Shown: positions 22,313-32,378 of the stretch, one piece after another
Position numbering within the stretch: the first letter of the stretch is position 1
How the letters are laid out: every line of letters begins with the position of its first letter
NCBI GenBank assembly: GCA_000002445.1
Contig: CP000067.1
Location: 1,056,001 to 1,120,000 of the forward strand
Direction of reading: 5' to 3'
DNA from: Trypanosoma brucei
Lineage: Eukaryota
Length of the DNA: 64,000 nt
The notes under the pieces: generated by a model
Database searches by the model: none
Told to the model about the DNA's origin: nothing
The model's input: the letters and a program-made list of their open reading frames with translations, nothing else
Made by a program: the position numbers and the translations under genes

Positions 22313-25171
22313 CTAACCTCCACTTATCTGACTGCTTTCCGTGCATTCCAGGGGTACGTCCATTTCGCTAAATAGCCTGTTGAGCAAACCACGAAGCATG
22401 GCATTTTCCTTGTAAAGAGCTGACACCTCATCCTGCGTTGATATGAACCCAGCGGTGTCCAGCGTGACTGTGCCGGGTGTGACACCTTCTGTTGCGACAA
22501 GTCTGAAGCCGAAGTCCTTACATAATATATTTTTTTCAGGTATCGATGGTGTTACTTTCATTTCAGGGGGTAATGCGATGGAGGAGGGAGGGACGTCACC
22601 GTGATCAGAGTTACATAATGTCCACATGCACAAATTTCCTTGAAGAGCTACTAAACACGGTTGTAATCTAGGAAATACACGAACCGCGGTTTGGCAGAGC
22701 GGAAGCACTGTGGTATTAATTAGCAACAACTGTGCCTCCGCAACCATCCGCGTATTGTAAGGAACCTCAACAGGCCTCACACTCGGCTCATTTATAAACT
22801 GCGTTTGGCGTTGATAAAGACCGAACCTTTCACTTGCCCAGTACCTGCTCACAGCAGCGGTACGCATAGTAAAGGCATGTTGAGCGAGCGCAATAAACAA
22901 GCGAACAAACTGATGACGAACTGGGGCTGCGTGTAACCGCGGGGATATGCCGTCAGCTCTTTCGATATCTCCAGCATAAATCAGGCATTCCAGCTGCGAC
23001 AGCGATTCTTGAGGCAGTAGGAGTGCCCTCATGGTTCGGAGAAGTAGATCACGATCCTTCGCTTCCCAGTGTGCAGAAAAGTTAAAGTAACACCGTCCCA
23101 TCAACCTGCAAATTGTCTCATAGTTGCAATAGCTTTCCAGCATTTCTTTTTCAAGAGAATTCGGATAGACACTCGCGACATCACGTAATTGGGCATCTGA
23201 CGACTTGTGAGTTTCACTTGGGGGGACGACATACCGATACATCGCGCATAACGCCGACGTTGTGGTGGCGATCCTTTCCACTGGTGTCATACGTTCCAGC
23301 ATCCCTGAATGGAACATAAGGCTATAGAAGAACTGCATGTTGTCCGCTGCACGGTCAGCGCTATGAAAAGGCCCACTCCCAAATCCATTCTGAATGTGAA
23401 GCAGCAGGCGTTTCCACGCAGTTAAGGATAAGTCCGGCTCTGGCATGCCGTCGAAAAGTTCAGAGTCTTGAGCAATAGCACAACCAACCTGAAAGAGGAG
23501 CCCACCCTGCTCCGATGCGCCGCAGTTTTTCTCAGACCAGATATCAGCGTCGATGTCACCAATAATACGTAGAAGGTTAATGTTGGGGGTGACAGTGGTG
23601 TCACATGTTTTGTCATCCGCATTCCAACTGCGGGAGAGGAGCGGTCCATGCAATGGCATCATGGCTTCATCCGCCGAATTCTGCGAGAAGCGGACTACGG
23701 CTGCCGGGTTTGCCGCCACCGCAACGTCAGAGCACTGTGGCTCGTTGATGTTAGAGAAAACTGCCTCCCTTTCCGCCTTCGTAACATTCGCACGCAACTC
23801 CGCTCCCTTTAACGCGTCATTTGCAACATCCAGTTGCACCTGCAGCTGATCTCGTTCTTTGGTTACACGTTCTAATGCGTGTCGCAGCAATTCCGCGTCG
23901 CGGTCTGCCGTAGTGCTCTGAGCACCATTCTCAGTTGCCTTGGTCATATCACTATCACTAATTCCGTCCAGGTCACGGCCTGCATTTGAGGAATTGGCAG
24001 CGGCGGTGCCCTCCTGTCCAGCCAGAGCCAAGAGAGCATTGGTTTCACTGCGAAGGTTGTTGCACTCCTGCTGCAGCCGCTGTACGTTGGCATCATGCTC
24101 CACATGGTTCTCCATCATGCGGGAAAGTGCACCCTCCAACTCCGCACAACGGCACTCACATTGCATGCGCACCTCGACTGCATCAGATAACTCCGTGGAG
24201 AGCGATTTGATATTCTTTTTTAGTTTACTAATGAGGAAGTCCCTCTTCGTTATTGCATGCCGCTGCTCCGACCACGCCATCTGAAGCCTATTAGCAAGAT
24301 CGAATAACGACTTGCCCCACTCGTGTTGATCTTCTTCCACACTTGTAAGTGTTTGCGACAACATAGCGCTTGCTTCCCCGATATCCACATTTTCTTGCGA
24401 GGCATGATCACTCCACTCCTCAAGGTGACTTTCAATGAAGTGGATTATGTCGCGAGCAACACTCCACTCATCAGCACCGTCACGTGAGGCAGACTCCGCG
24501 CGGGCTTCCAGCTCTGGAAACAATGCGATGGCAGTACTCACCAATTGTTGTACCACTTCATCCAATTCCGCCAGGACGGAAGGACTGCGGTGCGTTCCAT
24601 CATGAGCTTCGGCGATGTCGCCTCCGTCATTATCAGGCGCGCGTCCTGCTTTACTTTTCGTGCCCGGCCCACGGGACTTGTACGAAATGGAGTGAGTCTG
24701 GCTTATATTGGGTGGCTCCCCCGGTGCATTGTCCGCCACATTACCCGCTGGTTCATCTTCCTTTTTCTTGTTGAGTGTCATTTCAATTTGTATTTCTTTG
24801 ATGGTGTCTTCTTGTTTCATGCAGAGAAGCTCTAATTTGTGATTCTCCCGCAGCAACTCCTCGACACGCCGCTGCGAGGAGGCGAGCAGTTGCCTGGCTG
24901 TACTTTCCTGCAACCCATCGGTATCAGGCGGCATGCGCGGGTTCGGTGTGTTGCTGCGGTCCAATGAAAGTGCTCTGGACGCCACAACATTACTGAGCGA
25001 GCGTCGCAGGCTGCTGATCCGTTGCAGAGCATCGAATGCCGGGGCTGGCGAGCCGGGAGAGGCAACAGCCGTCCCCACTGCTGCAGTTCCTACAACCTGC
25101 TCGCACGCCATGGATGGCCGCTGGAAGATATGTTTTTGAGACATCACGATAAGAGGCGAGGCAAGAACCAA
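22313..25171 (-). CDS. Large hypothetical coiled-coil protein, start uncertain (ATGs at 25171, 25144 and 25111)
   Basis: 952-aa ORF with extensive heptad-like, Glu/Leu/Gln/Arg-rich segments (for example LQVQLDVANDALKGAELRANVTKAEREAV) and no catalytic motifs. Confidence 0.55.
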   Translation of the reverse strand: MVLASPLIVMSQKHIFQRPSMACEQVVGTAAVGTAVASPGSPAPAFDALQRISSLRRSLSNVVASRALSLDRSNTPNPRMPPDTDGLQESTARQLLASSQRRVEELLRENHKLELLCMKQEDTIKEIQIEMTLNKKKEDEPAGNVADNAPGEPPNISQTHSISYKSRGPGTKSKAGRAPDNDGGDIAEAHDGTHRSPSVLAELDEVVQQLVSTAIALFPELEARAESASRDGADEWSVARDIIHFIESHLEEWSDHASQENVDIGEASAMLSQTLTSVEEDQHEWGKSLFDLANRLQMAWSEQRHAITKRDFLISKLKKNIKSLSTELSDAVEVRMQCECRCAELEGALSRMMENHVEHDANVQRLQQECNNLRSETNALLALAGQEGTAAANSSNAGRDLDGISDSDMTKATENGAQSTTADRDAELLRHALERVTKERDQLQVQLDVANDALKGAELRANVTKAEREAVFSNINEPQCSDVAVAANPAAVVRFSQNSADEAMMPLHGPLLSRSWNADDKTCDTTVTPNINLLRIIGDIDADIWSEKNCGASEQGGLLFQVGCAIAQDSELFDGMPEPDLSLTAWKRLLLHIQNGFGSGPFHSADRAADNMQFFYSLMFHSGMLERMTPVERIATTTSALCAMYRYVVPPSETHKSSDAQLRDVASVYPNSLEKEMLESYCNYETICRLMGRCYFNFSAHWEAKDRDLLLRTMRALLLPQESLSQLECLIYAGDIERADGISPRLHAAPVRHQFVRLFIALAQHAFTMRTAAVSRYWASERFGLYQRQTQFINEPSVRPVEVPYNTRMVAEAQLLLINTTVLPLCQTAVRVFPRLQPCLVALQGNLCMWTLCNSDHGDVPPSSIALPPEMKVTPSIPEKNILCKDFGFRLVATEGVTPGTVTLDTAGFISTQDEVSALYKENAMLRGLLNRLFSEMDVPLECTESSQISGG

Positions 25172-26063
25172 ACCGCAACTAAAATAATAATAATAATAAT
25201 TCTAAAAAGCCACGTGCGATCAGGCAAGCTAGTCTCGAGAAATATACAGGGATTATAGGGTGATTTGTATTCACACGACGTGTAGTAAGAAAGAAACAAC
25301 CGGAAAAACAACTGATGACACAAGAGAGAAAGCAATGAAGCACCTGTAATGCGTAAAAGGAAAAACAAAAGCGTATATGTGAAATCGTTCGCACCTTGCT
25401 AGAGTATGAACATGCAGGAATCAACAAAGACCACTTACTTTTCTTTAGTTTTTGATGGACGGGGAGGGGGGAACGTGCGACATCCAGGGAAAGAAAGGCA
25501 AAATTAAAAAAAAAATCTATCGGTTGGAACGTTTGCCGGAAGCTGGAGTCGTGCATTTGACATCATTAGTTTCGGCCAAGTGGACGCCATTGCAAAGGTG
25601 GAGGGGAGAGAAAAGCGCGACTGTGTATGAAGTGAAGGAAATCGCGTACGAACTGCGCAACGCGCGTTTTTTTCCCCCCCCTTACCACCTAAGTTCCCCC
25701 GTCAGGTTAGACATCATTGAATGCAGACGTAAACGCTAATGCTACAAAGGTCGCTAGAACTTTCCACGTTTTGAAAACAAACCAACAAACAAAACTACAT
25801 GTGTCGTAGCGCCCAACTAACCTTTTCATGGTTGGGTGACCACCCCCACTTTTGAACGATACTGTCTCCTCCCAAGTTTACCGATAACAGAATTGAGGAA
25901 AAAAAACCGCTGATGATGTTTTTCCTTCCAATAAGCTGAAGATGGAATACTGGTTATTTCCTTCACATACACAAGCCTATGCATTAAAATATGTGCGAGG
26001 AATCTTTGATTCAAATGAGGCTGGGTCACATAATACTCTACTTCTTTATAGAGGGTATATACA

Positions 26064-27053
26064 CTATAGCTTACTTCCGCCGGGCTGAACACTGTACCTC
26101 CAGACGAACTTTGCCTCTTTGCATTGTTCCCTCACAGCTTTTGCAATGCGGTCCCGCTCTTGAGTGTTTGCGGCAAGCGCAACCACAAGGCCACCCCGAC
26201 CTGTGCCTGACATCTTTGCTCCAAGTGCCCCGAAAGTTCTACAACACGTTGCAATGGCGTCCAACTCAGGGCATGAAACCGTTAGTTTTTGGCATAGGGT
26301 ATGGTTTATGTTCATCAGTTCCCCAACGCGGCGCAAATTCCCGCTCTGCAGTGCCTTCTTTGCTTCACGGACACACGCATTGTATTGTTCAAATAAGTCG
26401 TCAAACCACGACGGCTGAGCGGCCTTCAGGCGCGCAACATCGGCTACGACCTTTGTCGTACTTGCGGTAATACCGGTGCTGCAAACAATGATAGAAAGAG
26501 TTTTACCGAGCGCCAGGCGACTGAAAACCGATTTCTTCAGCGCACGGCGGAACAAAATGATCCCACCGTAAGTAGCTGCTGTGTTATCGACGCCGCTTGG
26601 AGTTCCATGGTATCCACACTCGCCTGCGTACGCACTTCTGTTCACGGCTTCTTCACTGAGGTTGAGGCTGTACAACTCATTCAGCGCTCGTGAAAGCGAA
26701 ACAACATCACTTGCGGAGGCGCCAATGCCGCTGCTTGGAACAAGCGGACCACCGAGTTTCACAAGCAAGCCGTCTTTACTCGTGTCAATGTTCAGGTGGC
26801 GTAACACAAGCCCGTGCGCAACCCGCTGCTCTTCCCGCTTTTCTTTGATGTAGCCGGGCACCGCAGGTCTTTCGTCAATAACCTCCACAACGTTAGGTTT
26901 GTGCTTCAATCGAGAGATTTCACATGTTGTATACTCGTTAATACCTGCTACAATGCTCTCAGCACCGTATACAACAAAATGCTCTCCGAAGAGGATCACT
27001 TTGCCGTAGCCGATATGATGGCGCGTCGTTTTGTCCTTAACAGCCACGTGCAT
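26064..27053 (-). CDS. MVK: Mevalonate kinase (GHMP kinase) with C-terminal PTS1 tripeptide -SKL. Start proposed at the internal ATG (MHVAVKD...), 329 aa.
   Basis: N-terminal 'GKVILFGEHFVVYG' is the hallmark MVK motif. 'PSSGIGASASDVVS' is the GHMP ATP-binding motif. The protein ends ...QPGGSKL before the stop. 'cat' at 27051-27053 was verified. Confidence 0.85.
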   Translation of the reverse strand: MHVAVKDKTTRHHIGYGKVILFGEHFVVYGAESIVAGINEYTTCEISRLKHKPNVVEVIDERPAVPGYIKEKREEQRVAHGLVLRHLNIDTSKDGLLVKLGGPLVPSSGIGASASDVVSLSRALNELYSLNLSEEAVNRSAYAGECGYHGTPSGVDNTAATYGGIILFRRALKKSVFSRLALGKTLSIIVCSTGITASTTKVVADVARLKAAQPSWFDDLFEQYNACVREAKKALQSGNLRRVGELMNINHTLCQKLTVSCPELDAIATCCRTFGALGAKMSGTGRGGLVVALAANTQERDRIAKAVREQCKEAKFVWRYSVQPGGSKL

Positions 27054-27686
27054 AACTTCTCGATACACTTCAATGTAATCCCTCCTATTGGCAACAGAGA
27101 TGAAACACACACAAGTTTACTGCGGTCTGAGCAGGACACGTATGGTCACATTTATTGTAGCAACCGAATAGAACATCTACGCAGATTAGAGAACACTTAT
27201 ACCATAAATGTAACTCTTATCACATTAACCGACAGTCTTCAAAGCTGTATTTCAGTGCAACCACAAGTAGTAGAAGGACTTTTCACCACTCAACTGCATG
27301 AGAGAAGAACACAACAGAACACGACGTCCAAGTACCACTCAAAACAGTGGCGCATCACACTGAAACCACACAAAGAAATAAATGGTAAAAAAGATTAGGA
27401 AATAAAATAACAACAAACAACACGTAACGCTTCACTAATGACGGGGTCGTCCAAATAACTCCATAGGCTTATCTATTGCGTTAGAAGCCTAACTCATAAC
27501 TTGAAGGGAGATGAAGGCGCCTTAATGTAAAGTACTGTGAGGAGTGGTCATCACCAACGAAACCTCCCTAAGCATCACGACAGCCCCTCCCCTTCCCCAA
27601 CTAAATTGTACATTTGATAACCCCAATCCCAACGGCATCCATGAGGCGGGGGTGCACTCATTTCCGTTTAGCATCGCAGATGCATA

Positions 27687-28427
27687 TCATGAACCATGGA
27701 CGCGGGAACATTTATAGGTTCCAAATACCCAATCCCAGAGCATGATGTACTGCCCGTAATTGTACTTGAATTGGTAATGATGGAGGTCGTGTGCACGCAC
27801 ATTAAAGACGTATGGAATGTACACATCAATTCGCGTGTGGTTGAGGCTCGCTAGCGTTCCGCCTATAAATACAAACAGAATCGCAGTCAGCACATGTACC
27901 TGACCGGCAGGTGCAATACGCGTGAGAAGGTACAACGCGAATATATGGTTGTACTCCCCAATTACATATTCAATGGGATGATCATTGACGGCGTCATCGT
28001 TCCCGCGGAATGGTGTAACTTGCCGGTGGTGGTGCTTGTGTATCAGCGGATATATCGGCCTCCAGTGCAACGCCCAGTGGAAGAGCGTGTAAAAGAAATC
28101 GTATATGATGAACAACGCCACCAAGTGAACAGGCATCCACGCGACACCACAGAGGACAACATTAAAATCGTTGAAGTTAAGCGACATGTTGCTCACCTCG
28201 GTGTCGGTGATGAACAAGTAGGAGTGATATACAAACAAAACCGTAAAAAGCTTTGATAACGCGATGAACAGCCGGTCCTTGAACGTTAGGGTTTTAAGGC
28301 ATTGCGCTCGCGTCGGGATGCGGCCACCCACCACGCGCGCAATAAGTGGTACTACCATGCGGTTGTAGAGGGAGAAACCGAGGAAAACGGCAGCGGTTAG
28401 CGCCACGCTCATCACCACTGTGGTCAT
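27687..28427 (-). CDS. Fatty acid hydroxylase superfamily membrane protein (sterol desaturase / C4-methyl oxidase / sphingolipid hydroxylase-like)
   Basis: Multi-TM protein with three His boxes: HWALHW, HKHHH and HDLHHYQFKYNYG, followed by QYIMLWDWVFGTY. This is the di-iron His-box pattern of the FA hydroxylase family. Confidence 0.65.
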   Translation of the reverse strand: MTTVVMSVALTAAVFLGFSLYNRMVVPLIARVVGGRIPTRAQCLKTLTFKDRLFIALSKLFTVLFVYHSYLFITDTEVSNMSLNFNDFNVVLCGVAWMPVHLVALFIIYDFFYTLFHWALHWRPIYPLIHKHHHRQVTPFRGNDDAVNDHPIEYVIGEYNHIFALYLLTRIAPAGQVHVLTAILFVFIGGTLASLNHTRIDVYIPYVFNVRAHDLHHYQFKYNYGQYIMLWDWVFGTYKCSRVHGS

Positions 28428-28789
28428 GATTACTTCGCACCACTTCCACCGGCAGTGTATTATATATATTTGTATCGTCCGGAGCCTCGGTGTATTTAAG
28501 GGCGTCCCGCCTTACCTGAGAAAAAAAATATATCTATATCTATATATATATTCTGATGCCACTTTCCTTCCGCGAAGAGGTGTGTATGGGAGAGAGGGAA
28601 CGGTTGTGGGAGAATTCTGGTGATCCATTCCCTCTTACGTGAAGGGACCATTCGTTCACTTTTTCAGCACGGGGATTAGGTGCAACTACTTGCTTCGGTG
28701 GAAGGCGTACGCATGTGGATACTCTTGTATCCATTTTCTGATGGGGTTCACTCATTGCGGACTGTTACACATAAGTGTGATTGCATGAA

Positions 28790-29779
28790 TTACCGTTCGT
28801 ATACGTACGATTTTGGTGTAACAAGCATAAGCATAACTGTCCCTCCTGTGACTGCCACGATGGCACAAATAAAAACCGCCTGCGCGATTATGCGCCATAA
28901 CGGTGCCAAAATGGAATCCCAAAACACTTCCACACCTGGCAGTGCCCTGAGGAAATGGGGAAGCACCGGCCCGCCACCAAATGCAGAGCCCACACGGTCC
29001 ATTTTCTTACACTGGCTTGTTGTACCATCAACACCGCGCTGTAGTAAAGCCGCATTTTCCTCCAAACGTCCCTTCTCCTGATTCATGATGTCACTTACTC
29101 GTAGCGCCCCCTCTTTAATTTCCCTAATAGCATCATTAATTTCATTTATTACCTGCTTCTGAGCTGCATCATCCGCATCCTGTGGCGCGCTGGAGAAGGC
29201 AGATGATGAGATGAGACTCGAAGCATTTGTTGACCTTGCTGCCATATTAGTAATAGCAATATCGCCACCACCTGATTGACCCATTTTTGCAGGTGTAGTT
29301 GAACTCTTAACAGTTGGTGAGGGCTCCAGCTGTATGGATGCTCTAACGCATGGGGCGTTGCTGTCTTCGTGTATCAAAAAGGGTTCGCACACCGCGAAAG
29401 GCTGTTTGGGAGCCCGATGCCTGGCCACTAGTCCAACGCAAGCGACCGGAACATGCAAATGAGGGAAGTAACTGTCTAGAAATTGAGAGAGAAAGGCTTC
29501 AGCGGCATCGACAACAGTAGGTGCATTCCCAACATCATCGCCGCTCAGGGATACTTCAGTTGTAGCCGTCTCGCGTTTGTCGGAGTTGTCCGCGTTGGCT
29601 TGCATCTCTTGCTTCACCAACGAAAGCAAGAATCCTATGCGCTTAATATATTTCAGGAGTTCTGTAACCTGTCTTTGGTTACATTGGCCTACGGCCGTGT
29701 CTTCACTCAGTTTCACCTCCTCCAAGAGACGACGTGCCTCCCTCAATGCGCGCCTCAAGCGAGAAGCAGCTGGAGTCAT
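28790..29779 (-). CDS. Tail-anchored coiled-coil protein, possibly a Q-SNARE-like protein
   Basis: About 60 aa of heptad-like sequence (INEINDAIREIKEGALRVSDIMNQEKGRLEENAALLQRGVD) shortly before a single C-terminal TM helix (WRIIAQAVFICAIVAVTGGTVMLMLV) and a short tail. The topology resembles SNAREs. Confidence 0.3.
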   Translation of the reverse strand: MTPAASRLRRALREARRLLEEVKLSEDTAVGQCNQRQVTELLKYIKRIGFLLSLVKQEMQANADNSDKRETATTEVSLSGDDVGNAPTVVDAAEAFLSQFLDSYFPHLHVPVACVGLVARHRAPKQPFAVCEPFLIHEDSNAPCVRASIQLEPSPTVKSSTTPAKMGQSGGGDIAITNMAARSTNASSLISSSAFSSAPQDADDAAQKQVINEINDAIREIKEGALRVSDIMNQEKGRLEENAALLQRGVDGTTSQCKKMDRVGSAFGGGPVLPHFLRALPGVEVFWDSILAPLWRIIAQAVFICAIVAVTGGTVMLMLVTPKSYVYER

Positions 29780-30026
29780 GTCAGTCCTTAAAAATTAGGG
29801 GGAAGGAGGAAGGAGAGAACTGAATAGAGGGAGTGTCTGCACTTCATCAAGTGCACAATTACGACAGCTGCAGAACAACAGAATAATTAGAACGGATGCT
29901 CTTCACTTTGACGCCCCATTTTCCACCTGTTTTGAGCTCTGTTTTTTTTTTTTTTGAGTGTCTTGGTTTACACCGCTTCTGATGCCCATCTGGTCACCGT
30001 GCAGCGAAAAACTGGTAACGAACACC

Positions 30027-31646
30027 TTAAGTACCCTGTTCTGAAGGAGTTATGCGTCGGTACTGCTCGCAAAGTTGGTGGGCGTAGTGCCGTAATGCCC
30101 TTACCTCTTCATGAACTCCTTCAGCCGAATGAAGGACAACAATGGATATATTGCATCCTTTTGCAAAAAGTGCGTACGCCAACTTGCGCCTACTCATACA
30201 CGTGACGAGTGGGATATTGCCCTTCACACAGTGGGAGTGTATCTCCTCGAGTGTTCCACTAACCCCAAGCTCCCCTACCGTTTTGTGTTGCGACCTGCTA
30301 ACGGTGGCTACCACATTCTCTGCAGTCCCTTCTCTTTCAACGCAGAACTCTTTGTCTATGTTTGGACTGAGAGTGCCGTTTAACTCAATGTCTGAAGCAA
30401 TTAGTACAACAGGAATCCGAGTGGCAGCAGCCCTGAGCGCCCGTAAGGTTTCCCTCATTCCGGTCGAATAGAACTTTCTGGCCTTGAATTGGAGTGGTTT
30501 CTCCTTTTTCATACGCTTTTGAAGAGTGTACTGCCGCTGAAGGATAGTAAAAACGATATCGTCCAACCTGTCCGTTAGAATGTTAGCGCAAGAAGAGACG
30601 AGATACCTAGGGATCGGATTTCTGGGTTTGTTGCTGTTGGCAGCAGCCACCAACAAGTCCGGTGTGGTATTGTGCAACTGAGCCACTTCACTAGCAGTGA
30701 GCTGCCGTGGGTGGCGCCCACTTCGCTGGTCAATAACGGCCGTCAGTGGATGTGTGCCGATCCCCATTAGGGATAAGGAGGGGTAAAAATTAACAAAATT
30801 CGGTTCGCCGTCGGAGCCAACGTTATCAGCCTTGGCAGCACCTTCTGAGTCCCCCTGCTTCCCTGCTGAGGCGCCCTCGTTGCATTCTCCCCGCGTTTGG
30901 CTCCTGTCAGGTTCCACAGTCGGAGCATCCTCCCGCGTGGCTCCCGTATTTACTGTAATCACGCCCCCTTTCCACCCCAAGGCAGTTTTGTTCAAACGCT
31001 TCCGCAGTCTGCGGATAGTTGTGAGGCAGCGCGCCGCCTTCACGTAAGATTTACGGTTCATTTCACTGTGTAATCTAGCGTACAGGGAATGCAACTTCCC
31101 GACGAGTGCTTGAAGAGGTTGTAGCGTATGACTGGGTGAAGTCAGTGCAGTATTTTCCGATGAAGAAGTTACTGAGCTACCGACTGCAACTGCCGCCAGA
31201 GCGTCCTGTATACTGCTTTGCTGATCTCCGTTTATAAGCGATTCAAACACTTCGCGTCGTAGCTCAACAATAGACCGCTTAAATTTCGAATAACGTGCCC
31301 TATGATTGAAGGGACCGTCCGGGTTGCGCAGCTTACCCTTGGCTAAAAAATGCTTTTTGCCCGCATGCAACGTTTTACCGGGGCCTACCTGGCGCGTCAC
31401 AGTGGGCTTTAGCCGGACGGGCACCTTCTGTGAGGCCGGTGGGTTTTGGTTCCCAAAGTGCCCCTTTCGCTCTCTTGGAGACTTTGGCACATCATCTGAA
31501 ACCTTGTTAGCCTGTGGCGCTGGGAGGAAATCGCTAACAAATGCGGTAGCCGTAACGCGCTTGCGCCTTCCATTGCAGTCCCACCTTACTCGTTTTCGAC
31601 GCGGCTTTGCGACTCCATACGAGTCGCCACCTTGCTCACTTGACAT
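30027..31646 (-). CDS. L7Ae/L30e-family RNA-binding domain protein (SBP2-like architecture possible)
   Basis: The C-terminal region 'GMRETLRALRAAATRIPVVLIASDIELNGTLSPNIDKEFCVEREG...VTCMSRRKLAYALFAKGCNISIVVL' follows the L7Ae K-turn-binding fold pattern (hydrophobic LVViA-D core, then a 'srr-LG' element). The N-terminal 350 aa are basic and low-complexity. Confidence 0.35.
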   Translation of the reverse strand: MSSEQGGDSYGVAKPRRKRVRWDCNGRRKRVTATAFVSDFLPAPQANKVSDDVPKSPRERKGHFGNQNPPASQKVPVRLKPTVTRQVGPGKTLHAGKKHFLAKGKLRNPDGPFNHRARYSKFKRSIVELRREVFESLINGDQQSSIQDALAAVAVGSSVTSSSENTALTSPSHTLQPLQALVGKLHSLYARLHSEMNRKSYVKAARCLTTIRRLRKRLNKTALGWKGGVITVNTGATREDAPTVEPDRSQTRGECNEGASAGKQGDSEGAAKADNVGSDGEPNFVNFYPSLSLMGIGTHPLTAVIDQRSGRHPRQLTASEVAQLHNTTPDLLVAAANSNKPRNPIPRYLVSSCANILTDRLDDIVFTILQRQYTLQKRMKKEKPLQFKARKFYSTGMRETLRALRAAATRIPVVLIASDIELNGTLSPNIDKEFCVEREGTAENVVATVSRSQHKTVGELGVSGTLEEIHSHCVKGNIPLVTCMSRRKLAYALFAKGCNISIVVLHSAEGVHEEVRALRHYAHQLCEQYRRITPSEQGT

Positions 31647-32378
31647 AGCTGAGAATAAATGAAAACGGAGGGGGAAGCACCTTCAATACATAAAAGATGC
31701 CCACTGATTGTCAACTGGTTAGCTCTAACAGCCATTTAAGGGTTCATATCTTTGTATTTGCTGTTGCCTCAACCTCCCTCCATTTCAGGACCACGGACAC
31801 GGCCCCAGATGGTAACAATCCCTGTGTACATTCCACCGCGCTGCTGATATTTTATAACTGTGGTTTATAATACACACCCTGAGAAAATCAAGAAGGCCCG
31901 TCAACAATTATGCAGCCCTCCTGGTCGCAAACGCCCCGTACTAAGTGAACCGGTCCGCTGACTTCATTGGCAAGAGGGACTTTACCACGTGCTATAACCA
32001 TGGTGTATCGTATAACCACTTTTTTCTCACTACAGAAGACACCATAACGGAAAGTGGACCCGCCATCCAAATAATGAGGTCGTACAGTTTATTCATAACC
32101 GACTCAATGGAGCTTCCGTTTGGGGGCGGGGTTGCACCTTTTACACGTCATACATTTCAAAGAGTTATCTTTGTAAGTCAAGTACCGATTCTTGGTTCGA
32201 TAAGACAAAGTCGTTCGGGAGACGTTGGTGAGGTGTACAGGCCTAAGTGGACTGATTTGGGAAATTGGAGAGTTAGCCAGTAAAAAACAACAAGACACGG
32301 TAACAGGAGATATGTAGTGCCGTCAGGAAGCGGGGCGCCAGCACGTTCCCCCTTTCTTGTTCCCTTTTCTGCCTCCCT

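Noticed and set aside
22200-22320. Searched for tRNA-like T-loop/acceptor signatures (GGTTCGAATCC-type) near 'cgttcgaactgcagg' and at other 'ttcgaa' occurrences (15706, 35757, 49511)
   Set aside because: None has the flanking conserved GTGG...TTCGA context or a plausible 72-nt cloverleaf, so no tRNA is called.
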